This document shows positions 1 through 12,200 of a stretch of 20,000 nucleotides of DNA, piece after piece (positions within the stretch are counted from its first letter, which is position 1; each line of letters begins with the position of its first letter). The stretch lies in NCBI GenBank assembly GCA_000934665.2, contig KZ538408.1, positions 56,198 through 76,197 of the forward strand. The letters run 5' to 3'. The notes under the pieces were generated by a model. The model saw only the letters and a list, made by a program, of their open reading frames with translations, ran no database searches and had not been told where the DNA came from. This DNA comes from Catajapyx aquilonaris (lineage: Eukaryota). Both the position numbers and the translations under genes were made by a program.

Positions 1-1493
1 AAGGCAGTTGTATAATCGTGGGTAACTTTAGGACGTGCATCATCCCCACCAGCTTGTTTTTGTGGATGCCTGATACAACAGGGATAAATCATTCTAACAC
101 CCTTGACACACATGCTGTGTATGTTCCAGCACATTTTGGGGGTACAATGCGGGCCTTTTAAATTTTTTATAAAAAAAAATAGCCGCACCCTTTATGTTGG
201 CGACTAGTGTCAGGACATGTGTTCGATTCGACGTTAGTCACACCCCGTTTAACCTGCACAGAACTGGTATGATTGCTGACCTCGTTTTATTAATGCAAGC
301 GTAGGGTATGATCACAGCCGTGTAAGGATGATTAATGAGCTGCCCACCGTTAGAATGAGAGGGAAAAAAAACGCGAATATTATTTGTAGGTGGTAGAAAG
401 TTTGGATACGGAGGATTCAAAATGGTGGTAATATTTGAAAATGAGCGGGTGGTTTATTGGGCGGAAAGTGCGGCCCGAAGACAGCCGGGGATGGTGAAGG
501 GCAGCCGAAAAAGAAACGTGCTCCGATAATCATAGGAGTGAGAGTTTTCATCCAGGACTTCAGTTCATTGCCTTTGTAGCCGTGGGAAAAGGAGAGCTTG
601 CCGCGACTTCCACAAGCACCGGCATCCTATCTATTGGGGACACTGCTTCCAAGCGGTTGTAAACATGCTTGAGTTCCGACTATTTCATTTTTGCATGGTT
701 GCTCTTAATTAGTGCGAATTCTGACGGGGTCTTGAAGAATTGAGAGATGTGATGTAACGTATCGGTTTATTGATTCGCTTAGAATCGATGGAAGTTTGTG
801 GTATAGCCTTCTGCGGAATTGCGTTGTCAGTGTACTTTAAAAAAAAAGAAAAAAAGGAGGGATGCGGTAGATTGATGGTCGGAGGTTCTGCTGACGTGAA
901 CGTGTTAAGAGTTCCATTAGAAGCACATGGGTGACGCTGCGATCAGCTTTAAGGTAGGCGGGTGTTAAAGGTTTTATGGCAACCCTGGGCACCATACTCG
1001 GTGTAGTTGCTGACAGATAACTGCAGCACGATCCAAATCAACCAGTGGCAATGCCTGTTATTGCTTGATTTTGATCACGTGACCAGCAGCACCTGTCAAG
1101 TAGAGTATCTTGACCTAGAGCATTGCTCTTGCCAGCATAATTATTCGGCCCGTGCAATATGCATAAAAAAACCACAACAGCAACAACAAAAAAACAGCCT
1201 TATGTGCAGCCTTGCATCCAGCTCCACACACGCAACGTAATGGACCAATTGGCCCCCAAACCTACTTAACAGGTGCCAAAGACTGGTTATATGCGAGTCA
1301 GAGAGAGTGATCTCCCGACAAGTCGATGCGAAAAGAAGCAAACAGAAACTAATTGTTGATTTCCCTTATTCGGTGTGTCCGGGGGTCATGTCTAGGCAAA
1401 TATTCAGGGAGGATATATTCTCACCTGCGTAACCCCCTCCCCCCCCCCCCTCCAAGCCCCATCCCACTCCCTATACCTGGGGGGGGGGGGGGG

Positions 1494-1730
1494 NNNNNNN
1501 NNNNNNNNNNNNNNNNNNNNNNNNNNNNNNNNNNNNNNNNNNNNNNNNNNNNNNNNNNNNNNNNNNNNNNNNNNNNNNNNNNNNNNNNNNNNNNNNNNNN
1601 NNNNNNNNNNNNNNNNNNNNNNNNNNNNNNNNNNNNNNNNNNNNNNNNNNNNNNNNNNNNNNNNNNNNNNNNNNNNNNNNNNNNNNNNNNNNNNNNNNNN
1701 NNNNNNNNNNNNNNNNNNNNNNNNNNNNNN
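1494..1730. other. Assembly gap (237 N) flanked by poly-G tracts
   Basis: Run of N with G homopolymers on both sides (1479-1493 and 1731-1742) and C-rich tracts just upstream. Confidence 0.99.
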
Positions 1731-2823
1731 GGGGGGGGGGGGCAAAATGTTTAATCTGGCGCGCGACCTTGTGCTAGAAATAATGTGTTAAGGAGTGCGA
1801 TTGTCGTATCGTAATTGGGGGCGAGTTGTGGACCGTTATTGGTGTCATGCCGACGGCTTTAAATATTTGCGGGGATAACAATGCAGGCATGAATTATTGC
1901 ACAATGTTGCGAGTAATTTAGTGATAAAGCGAACCGATATTGCTGCCGTACATCATATTGCGGTGGGTCCCCCTGCCCCGGCAAAAAAAAATTGAAAATT
2001 GTAGAGCTTCTTTAACGGTTGGGGGGCACCCTGTATAGGCCGTTGCGTGAAACTAGACAAATTGCAATTCGCGATGGTTTCAACCCCCCCGTGCTGTAAA
2101 TTCGGAAAGTACTGAAGACTACGGATACTGCACGCATTAAATCGGAATTACGTGGAATAACGATTGTGGAAAACCGTTTGGGCAGAGGGGAGGAGGGGGG
2201 GGGAAAAAACAGTGAACGACGGGCCAGTTGATTTTCTTTGGACAAAGCCAGGTGTGTACTACAGGTAACGGTCGCACTCCAGGGAGGTAATCCATGTGGG
2301 GACGGTCATACGTGAAATATTCACTCGGGAAAAAAATTTCCATTCGTCCACCGCAGACATTGAAAGGTGCACCCTGCTTCAGGGAGATGGGTTTTGTAAA
2401 TCTAATACAGAAGCGGAATCACCATAAAAAGAATGACAGAGAGAAGCGCAATGCTGAATTTTGTATGGCTACCAGACGTCATAATGCGGCCTTAAAAAGT
2501 AAAAACTGGGGAGCTGCCGCAGGCCTCGAGACAATTTTTGCACCAAAAAAAAAAAAAAGTTTTCGTTTGAAGTTTGTTTTATGTGAACTTTGATGGCGGA
2601 CAGGATCATCTTAACTGCACGTACGGAATGTTTCAAGTCGGATCCTCATGGGAATGTAATTAAACAGAAAGTATCGTGGGTTTTAGCTTCGGGCCGATTT
2701 ATAGTACTTGGATGGAGAGTGATCAGGTTTCACCTATACAGATTTTATTATTAACATCAATTAGCGAACACATCGGCGTCTGGTATGACAATGTCGACGT
2801 GTGTAGCCGTTTACTGAGAAGCA

Positions 2824-2889
2824 ATGGGAGGACGAACTGCAAGTGACATGTTGCAAGAGGAGCTGAAGAAGAAGCCGGTTCATCGTCAG
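2824..2889 (+). CDS. Candidate first coding exon: MGGRTASDMLQEELKKKPVHRQ
   Basis: ATG at 2824 in a GCAATGG context with an in-frame TGA at 2815. It is open for 22 codons to CAG|GTGAGA, a phase-0 donor compatible with the 9113 acceptor. No homology support. Confidence 0.4.
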
Positions 2890-5800
2890 GTGAGAGAGAG
2901 AAAAAAATAGTCGGTGGCAAAAAGACAGTTTCTCAAGCGTGGAAAAGGCCGTTTTGCTTCCTCACTGTGTTTCTGGGTGGGTTTTTGCACGGGGGTATAT
3001 ATTTGGACCCCGGTGGGGTCTTGCATGGCCGACTGCGAAACCGCGCCTAATTATGAGCCTAATGAGTGAGGAGAAATGCGAGGCAGTTAAGTCATAATTA
3101 GTCAAAAAGGGGGGGGGGGGTAGAAGGTTTCATTCTCATTCATGGAGGATTTTGATAGCGATTATGAAGGGGCGCTGGTTCGTAGGGGCTGGGCAAATCC
3201 CCAGGATGTGCATTATTTATCTTTGGGTGGCGTGTAATTAGGGTTGGGGAAGGGCTCGGGTGTTGCAGAAATGGAATACCCGTACGATAAAACACACAGG
3301 AACTCTTAAAATGAAATGGCATAATCAGATACATAAGCGGAAAAATTATCACCAAAAATATTTTTTCAGTTTCTTCTATTTTTTAAACAGAGAAAAGCTT
3401 CATATAATGATGGTGTTTACTCGTCTCAATTTTAGTGTATCGCTGCATTTTGTAGATTGTATCGAAAGTATCATGTGATTGACAGTGTGCGTCACAAACA
3501 TTTGAATCACCTCTGACACATGGTATCGGTAATGAATGCTTAGGGGAATTTATGGGATTGCAGGGTTCAATTTTACAAGATGGACTGTGTCAGCAAACAA
3601 CGCAATATTGCTTGTTGTAATGACAGTGCTCGGCGAGTTCAGTAGCCTTAGGTGTATACCACCACCTGTCAGCCATGGGAAAACCTCATATTACGGCACG
3701 AGACAACACATAGATTACAAGCAACAGCAGTAACATGGAATCTGAAAGTTGCATGAAAGTTTACTAATATTTAAAAAGTCCTTCACCAACACCGGGGCAC
3801 GTATAAATCCCAGAAGCTTTGTTCTAAAACTTGAAGTAGTTTTAGCCTCCAGGTAATATTTTTTTGGTGCTGTGTTTCTGCACCAGATATAGAGTTCTTG
3901 CATTTTTTAAATCGAGCACCATGCGGTTTGGACATTTCGTCTAGGTTGAGGTTCATACAGGATTTATAAGGACAAAGGGAGGGGGGAAAAAACCCTCTCG
4001 AAATGTAAAAGTAGAAATGGTACAGTGCAGCAGAGAGCGCGACCTTTTTCGCCCACGTGCCATTTACAGGGGGGCCTCACATGGCCTCATACATTGTGCA
4101 CACAATTTGTGCGCGTCAAAAGAAACATGTTTGTGCGAATGGCTTCATCTTGTTTGTATCTACAAGGCTTACAGGGCACGCCTGATTCCTAATCCTTTAG
4201 GTCGCCTCGATTCCGTGCCGATAACTTTCTCCGAAAGAACGCTATCTGTAGGAGATAAAAAGGATGTGTCATTAATAAATTGTAAGAACTGCGAAGTGTG
4301 GCGTGTGTATCATACCTGGCCTGTTCTTACCTTTATCTTTCATGGGCAGAGGTGAAACCAATGTCTGGCTGAACTCATTGGGTGTAATTATGTTAACCTA
4401 TATGGGAAGTGAGGGAAGGCTGGCAATTGGCTGGCGATCAGGCTGCAGTCATAATTATTGCAAGGCCGGAGGTTTGATGGTGACGTCACCTGTGTGCATG
4501 TTATTAATAATCGCCTTTGATCATGAGAGCTCTTTGGGGGCCTGTTTCGGAGCATATGGCGCGCAATGAGGGGACACGTGGCTAGATGTACAGCATGCTG
4601 TCGCTTCACTTAACTAAAGACCAGGGGGACCATGCTAATAATAGAGGAGTGATTTAATGATGGTGGGTTGCGACTAGTTTTTTTTTGTTAGGTTTAGAAA
4701 ATGGTTGCAGATATTGGCATAGGGTGATTTGAATGGGCGATGGGGTGAACTTGAACAGTGTATACGATCCGTCATGCGAACTTCAATTTCGATCCCAGCT
4801 TGACGTATAGGGATGGCCACTAAGGAAGTAATTAGGGTTGGTCGTATGTTTTTTTCTCAATCTTTTACACATAATAAGAGCAAGCACCCTGCGTTTTAAT
4901 GAGCAATATTCAAGTTAGTAGATATGTAATTTGCTTCGAACACTGCAGGTTTAACATTTAATTATGCATTGTATGAAAGTTGGTATACTTGTAATTAGTT
5001 TTAGACACCGAAGGCTTTGGTTGTTTTATAAAGTTTTTAATAAACATCCGCGATACTATGATTAGCGGTACCGTTCTCCAGACATCGATTTTTCTACCTC
5101 CCTTCCAGGTATATGGATACAGCATGAAATTAGTGCATACTGTACACCCAAAGGGCACAGAAATGCGTTGTCTTTGTAGGTCGGCTGTCTTAATATGTAA
5201 CAGACCTTACAGGATTGCGTTCTTACGTCAATTATACTGTTGCCTTACGGCAGGAACATTATCCGGGGAAACAATGAGGCGAAGAAAATAAAGGCTGGAG
5301 CGATGATGGACAGTTGTAATGAAATCCCGGTTTCTTATGCAAAAGAGGAGCAAGATAACCTACAAGTACAGATCCCACAGCACAGGGGGGGTTGGAATGG
5401 AAGGGCAACATATATAGAGGCAAGTACGACGTGCGAGTTCGTGTGAACTGCGAACACTTTTTCTGGCGCGCTTCCTCCTGTGCTGGTGTCTTCCGGCCTT
5501 TGAAGACGGTGCGGAAAAGAAAGAAAAATAAGGAGCCGAAAGAATGAAGGAGGCCAACAACCCCATTCCACTAGAAGCACAGAGACAATAAAAGCGAGAT
5601 GGAGCGAAGAGATGGTTGGGGGGGTTAGTTGTTGGGGTGGCCCATCACCTGACATTCCGGGTCATCACCTACTCTACTGGAGCATTTCCAGCTTCATCAA
5701 GTGCTGACGATATGGTGTGGAGGTGATGGTCTTGAGGCCTTCCCAACCAGAGTCTGAGCAAAAATTGGAACACTCCAGGTTCACATGCTCTCTCCGTGGA

Positions 5801-7480
5801 GGCGAATATGGTGGTAGGAATTACGCGCAATTTGATGCCCCCCCCCCCCNCCCCCCTAGGGAATTTGCAGTAATTGTGATCTGAGTCTAAGTGAGCCATT
5901 GTTTGCGTTGGTGGAAGGGAATCTGTTCCCATAAGGGCTCGAAGCTGTGGCCGGATGATGCCAATTACTCCGATGCCATTTACCTGAGAAGCAAAAAAAA
6001 AGAAGAAGAAAAGGAGAGAATAAGGTGGGCATATAGGGAAAGTATTTTGGAGAAACGTGTCGATCACGTGTCCGCCAGGGATTGGTGGAATTAATTAGGC
6101 GTGCCAAGTAAGGGACAGGCAATTTTGTGCGGATTGACTGCCTAATTCCGAATGATTGCCACCAGCTACTGTTGGAGGAACTGATTGTAGGCTGTCGTAG
6201 AAAATGGGCCTTGGAAGGAAAGGCATTGTAGGCCCAAGGCCGGTACTGCAGATGTAAGGTTTGTTGTGCCGACAGTATAAACCACGGTCTTATACGGGTC
6301 GGGAAACTCCCCATCTTATCAGCTGTATACCCATAGGTTGCCGCTTCGGCGCTGGTGTAGTGCGCAATTGTGTGGCGATCCTGGCGGACGATTCTGCCTT
6401 TAATTTGTCTGCATAAGGCTGGGGTAGGAGTTGCATTGGGTTGGCAGAAACATCCGCAGAAAAGTTACTGGCTGTTCAATCACAAATAGAGCAGAAGTAC
6501 TGTTTTATTCCGCACATAATTAACCCGAATTGTCCCCAAATTGGCATAGATTTTCGGCTGGCCAGAGTTAATGCTTTAATTTGCATGATCCGGCCCGATA
6601 ATTCCTTTTTTTTGTACTAGTGTGACTGTGCACCATTACAGCAGCACACATGAGAGAAGACGTACAGTGTGGTCTGGAAACAAGCCATCCGCCTTTGAAT
6701 GGGTTACGACATGGATGCGATAATGGAATTAAGTCTGCGGAGTAGACAGGTTGTATACGGGGGTTTCAGGCAGCATTCTCGTGACACTCTGTATTTATTC
6801 CGCCCACGCCTCTTTTGGTCCTCAGGTTCTTCTGGAGGAAGATGCCCCCCCCCCTGAGCCCCCCTCNCCCTTCCAAACCGGTCTTTGCCGATTTCTTAAG
6901 GCGCGGCTTCTTCCGTCTCGAATATTAATGAATCCGCCTAAGCAGCACGCGAAGTTTTGTCAACATTGAGCTTAATTTGGCGATACACGAACCTATCGGA
7001 CCGGAATTAGGAGTAATTTAATGGGTGTAGCGTGTAATTTGGAATCCCAGTTTTTTTTCCACTCCGGATTGTATATAGGTTGCTGATACACTCTAGAATC
7101 GATTTACACATGCGGTATGCTAATACACCGCAGGGCAAGTGGCACTTTCGAATATGAAGGTTAAAGCGGTCTGATATTATGGATATAAAAGTCGCAGGCA
7201 CGTGCAAAATTGATGGAAAGTATCGGATACTAGTATTCTAATGAAGGACCAAGTTTTAGTTTTTGGTGAAACTACTTGCGGTGCATGCGATGTTGCGACC
7301 AGGAAACACACAAAAAAATTTGGCGGTTTTCAGAGGATTTCCCGCAAAATGTCAACTGTGAGGCCTTGAAAGTCTGGTTATTTTGCGATAATATAGGAAA
7401 GGTTCGTAATTTCAATGCCATATTTTTTGATAGTGGGACAAGCCACTTAATGTTATCCCTTGTGGTCCGTGCAAGGCAAA

Positions 7481-7525
7481 ATGTGCGTAAGGAAGGTGAC
7501 GTTCCGAGGAAAACGAGTGGTCAAG
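7481..7525 (+). CDS. Candidate first coding exon: MCVRKVTFRGKRVVK
   Basis: CAAAATG (arthropod-type Kozak context) with an upstream in-frame TAA at 7448. It runs 15 codons to AAG|GTGAGG, a phase-0 donor compatible with the 9113 acceptor. No homology support. Confidence 0.35.
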
Positions 7526-9112
7526 GTGAGGTGCCATGTCTTCCACGATTTATTTGCTCACGCTCCCTGTTGGTAGTTAGAAGTTACCGCCTTTTGAATG
7601 CAAACGAGGTTGTGTCCCTGCATATCATAACTCGGGATGCGGGAAATTGTCATTTTTCCGCTTAGGAAATGAGATTTGACGACGGCTTTATCCCATGGGT
7701 GTCCAGTGGTGACATGGATATTTTTTTTTTGACTAATACGCCTGTCCCATCAGGTTAGTCTTAGCCACAAATATCGAGTCTAGTTAGCGTATCCTGGCTC
7801 CCATTAGCGGATCAATTACGGGCAGGCAGGCGATGTTTAGGTTGACGGCCGATGTTATCTGGCGAGATAAATGCTGCCGTGTTTGTTTATAAACATGCGG
7901 AGAAACCATTGTTTCTCCGCCGCCGTACTTTGATCAGGTCGATAGAGAGAGGAATGGAATGAATGAGTGGGTGCTTTTGGGTTGTCCCCCAGGTGTGTGG
8001 TGATGAAGTGCATGGGAAAGGTGGGACGCCTTCGAAATGCCGGCAAAACCCCCACTCACCTTTACATCAATGCCCTTGCCAGCCTCTCTCATATCACCTG
8101 CCGAACTGTCTGCATGCATGTCGGCTTTTGGTCCTTTTTTTTATTAGCAATTCTCCACCCAGAGAGGCCACGCCCACTTTTGTCCACATGTCACTACTAA
8201 TCTTCCGCGCCAGTTCCTCACGTCTTCTTTTTTTTTTCCCCCTGCGGAATATTGGTGCGCAATGGTCCAGAAGAATTTAGCCTTGCCCTGCTTCCTATGC
8301 GCCATTAGATCTGCACGTGGAAATCCGCGTCGATATATATATTTTTTTCATACAGATCTTGTGTTCGACTTCCGGAATTTGGCATAATTGTAGAGTGTCC
8401 TTGACCGTAATTATTTGCTGGATGGTAGATTTATTAGTCATTATGGAAAATCGATGGGTGATAAGAGAACGAATTAAGTCTTCCCACGAGCGACGACGAT
8501 CTTTGCGGTACCTAATGATGATTTCATAATTGATCTGCGATTGGAATCGACGCTTCGGGGGCCAACAGATAGGGCGGGGTAAATTTGCACATGTCAGATC
8601 AAGCGTTGTAGTAGGATGACATTGGTGGCCCCCTTTGAAATTCGAAATATATCTGGGCAGTTCCCCCTAGTGGTATTGGCCTGGGATGCGTGCTTGACAT
8701 GGACCTTGAGGGGATTGATGTTTTTGGGCTGGTCTATCAATTGAGGAGATCTAGGTGAAAAAGCCGCACCCAAGGGAGAACTGGCTTCCCACTGGCTTGT
8801 GAGTGGGGGACCCCCACGACACACCTGCTGCTATGCGGTTGCTTCTTCTGGCCTTCCACTTAGATTTTTTTTTTCTTCATATACCTTTCCCGGTTTCCCC
8901 CCTGCCAACCTCCCCCCAATTTGCGTGGCAAAGGAGGCTGCACCCAAGTCCACGTCAACTGGCACCCCGCTTCTGACGTCATATTGGTCTCAATTTCCTT
9001 TTTCAGAAATGGCATGAGCACTTATATGGCGGGTTATTAATCCCAATTCGAATGTGCCATTTTTTTTTGCATTGTAATGTAATAAGCAATTTTTTTAAAA
9101 ACTATTCCACAG

Positions 9113-9204
9113 GTGAAGTTGGAGAGGGTGCTGGGACTGACAACTACTTCGAATGCTGGCCTGGCATGCGACCCAAACACCGGCATCATAGCCTACCCTG
9201 CAGG
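9113..9204 (+). CDS. MAPKBP1/WDR62: MAPKBP1/WDR62 coding exon (92 nt): [30 protein letters not shown](G)
   Basis: Acceptor ctattccacAG at 9111-9112 and donor GG|GTGAGT at 9205. The peptide matches the conserved VxLExVLG...LACDPxxGxxAYPAG segment. The phase-2 end joins the A at 11663 to make GGA (Gly). Confidence 0.93.
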
Positions 9205-12200
9205 GTGAGTTATGCAGTTTAATCCAAGTCACGTCACCGCTACAAATACAGCACCGTACAGTGTGTACACACGGGTGGAAACACGCGGGATAAGCCCGCC
9301 GCAACTTCCTCCTCCGCGGCCAAGGTGAAATACGCAACTGTGTTATTTGCGAACGAATATATTTTCTTCCTCATTCCCAGCAGTCTTTAACCACATTGCC
9401 CCTAGGAGCTGCATGTTGCATTGGGCATACCAGACACAAGGATAACAAGTGGGTACTGCACTTTGCTGGCACCGTGAAATCGACAGACAAATCATTAGTT
9501 GCCATTAGGCATTTCAATTAAGTTTGTCACCTTGTCCGTGTACAATGCTGATTAATTGAAAAAGCGTCGCCCCCTTTTTCAGCATTGTCATTCATTTCAT
9601 CAGATAAGCCAGGCCCATTTTGATGGCGTTTATAAATAGTGGAAAACGCCCAGTTTCCAATTAAGGGAGGTGGTGTGGGTCTTCGCATGTAAATTCTGGA
9701 GGGAAAATGGGAGTTAGCAGTTTCTCAAATCGGAACTGGGATGAATAGGAGGTAATCATTCCGGGCTCCTGGGTTTTCACGGAAATCCTGACCTTGGAGC
9801 GGATTGGAGAGGGTACTATTTGGAAAAGGGCGTATGTCCACTTGGTGGCCAATTTAAAGGGGGTCCTCCGTTTGCATCGGTTGGCGCGGCTTTGATCGGG
9901 AATTCAATTAAATATAGCCGGGTCAGCATGGTGGTTTCCAGGCACTGCCTTGACCTCTGCTCGGCCTCGGTTCGTGTATTGACCTGGCGATGGCGCAGGA
10001 ACTATACAGGGGGCTCCCACACACAGAGTATATGAACCTTCTGGCATGCCGGGGGTGTATTGACGTGTATTGAGACATTCTATAGTTGCATCCTCGGAGC
10101 ACCGCCTACCTTTGGAATTAAATACATGTCCGCGATGTGTTACAGGTGTGGTAACCCTGACCGGCATGACAAATAGCTGGCATCTCACATGTAAATCGAA
10201 GTGCTTAAAACGTAATGCGTGGTAAGTATGGCCCCCCCTGTAAAGCTTGCAATTATGGTCATGCGCCTTTCTCCGAATGACCCCGGCCGATTGGTAAACA
10301 GAGGTGTGCGTGTTTACGCAGCGAGCCTCCCAAAGACGCGGTCTTGAGGGGCTCTGAATTACGCCGTGGTGGTCCTTGTAGATTGAGCGGTAGGTCAGGT
10401 GATATGGCCAGGTGTCAAGAGCCCCCCCTTCTGCTTTTTTTTTAAAGGATGGGGAACAATGGGCTATAACACCTGCCCACACCTGTAGGTACGATTGCAA
10501 ACTTATTCGAGAGAGATCTTCTGGCCTTGAGTGGGCAAGTCATCGCTAGGATTCCCTTTTGTGGTTACGTAAGGTAATTTGCAAGACTGTAGCCATTGCT
10601 GGACATTTATTCTGGCGATGTCGCAACGTGCACGTGGCGAGATTTCCGCGGAATGGTATCATTACACAGGGACGTAAATACTGCGGATAGGTGTACCAAA
10701 GTCGGCATTAGCATACTGGAAGGAGAAAGGAGACCTTGTTCAGCCATGTGATGTAACTTTTGGCGACACGGCGGGGGTGACAACGCTTGAGAGAATAGAA
10801 CAGTACTGGACGTGAATTTGGTGTCCTTGCCTGCGGGGATCCAATGACGAATCGGCGGATGACCCACTAAGGGCCGGTCGTACCGAACACAAAATTTTTG
10901 TGTACATATTTTTGTATTTGGCAAATTTATAAAGTACCAGAAAAAAAAATGTGACTTCATAGTCGGACAGCTCCAGACGATGTGTCATGGTGCGATACCG
11001 TCGCGTCGCCTTCACAGTCGATTGGGTCCCGACAAAAATTGCAGACATTCTTTGATCCGATTCGACCCGTTCCACCTTGCAACCTGGCTTAAGACCTATC
11101 CCAACGGCTGATCAGTTTTTGAGAGTGAAGGTCAGCCAGCTTTGGGACGGGCATAAGAGGGTTTGTGGGTCACCGCCGCGCCGTCACTGAGGTGGGCAAC
11201 AAAAAAGAAGACTGGGGACTGCACCAGCATGACAACCGTACTTTAAAAAAAATAAAAAAAAACTGGCTGATGCTCGCCAATTTTTTTTTGTGTCCATGTT
11301 CGATTCCGGTCTGGACCACGGGTGTTGGACAGTGCTCCACTTCTTCGCGTTTTCGGTAGCCAATTGGGTTGAATGAAGCAGAGCATTTTTTTTTTTTCCA
11401 GGTCCAACGCGGGCTGAATAGCAAACAGGCACCGCAGCTTTGATTATAGTAATCTGGTTTTTTGGAGGAAGGCAAGAGAAAGCACACCGGAAACCAGTTT
11501 TTGCGCGTTTTTAGGCCCGTATCGCGGTGTTTGTCGATTGATGTGGGAGTTTTGTCTCCAGAAATTTAATTTTTGGAGGGATGATTTGCAATGGGATTGA
11601 ATTTACGGTCGGTTTTTAATTTTAATTAAATTATTATTTTTATTCAATATTTTTCTGTTTAGATGTACGGTGGTGCTGTTCAACCCGAAGAAGAACAAGC
11701 AGACACATCTTCTGAACCACTCCCGGAAGAGTCTGTCATCACTGTGCTTCTCCCCGGACGGGCGCTCTGTGGTCACCGGGGAATGCGGACACCAGCCGTG
11801 CGTCCGGATCTGGGACATCCACGATCGGACGCAGGTGGCGGAGTTCTCAGGGCACAAGTACGGAATCAACTGTGTGGTGAGTGTCCAATGGCTCGTAGGT
11901 CACGTACGGCGCAAAAAGGAGAGACATGTCTAGGTAGACGGTGGTAATTAAACGCATTCTTTTCCCGGTTAAAAAAAGAAAAGAAAATAAAAGAAAAACG
12001 GGGTGGGGGAGAGGCCCGGGTTATCTTCCTGGTCGGGTCTGGTTTTGCGACATGCCGTCCTTGGAGCGACTACGATCCGTCCGCAATATCTGGCCTTGGC
12101 GTAAATTTTTATGCGACGGTATAGGACTGCGGGTGGTGGTTGGGGGTATCCCCTCTATGAGACCTTAGGTAGGTCTCTGGGTGCTAAATGTAATGCTTGG

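Noticed and set aside
1353..1754. Pro/Gly-rich ORFs on both strands
   Set aside because: They are artefacts of translating through the N gap and the poly-C/G tracts.
3536..3733. ORF containing TVSANNAI, superficially like the family's N-terminal TxxSNA motif
   Set aside because: It lacks VLG and YPAG and has no fitting splice sites. The real exon is at 9113-9204.
11298..11318. tRNA T-loop/B-box-like GTTCGATTCCGGTCTGGACCA (also GTTCGATTCG at ~221)
   Set aside because: There is no A box, D arm, anticodon arm or acceptor-stem partner upstream, so it cannot fold into a cloverleaf.
238..11487. Numerous 60-198 aa ORFs on both strands in the 5' region (e.g. 9904-10500 minus, 5856-6314 minus, 7276-7665 plus)
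   Set aside because: They have no recognisable domains, many start at non-ATG codons, and several cross homopolymer runs. This fits chance ORFs in intronic or upstream DNA.
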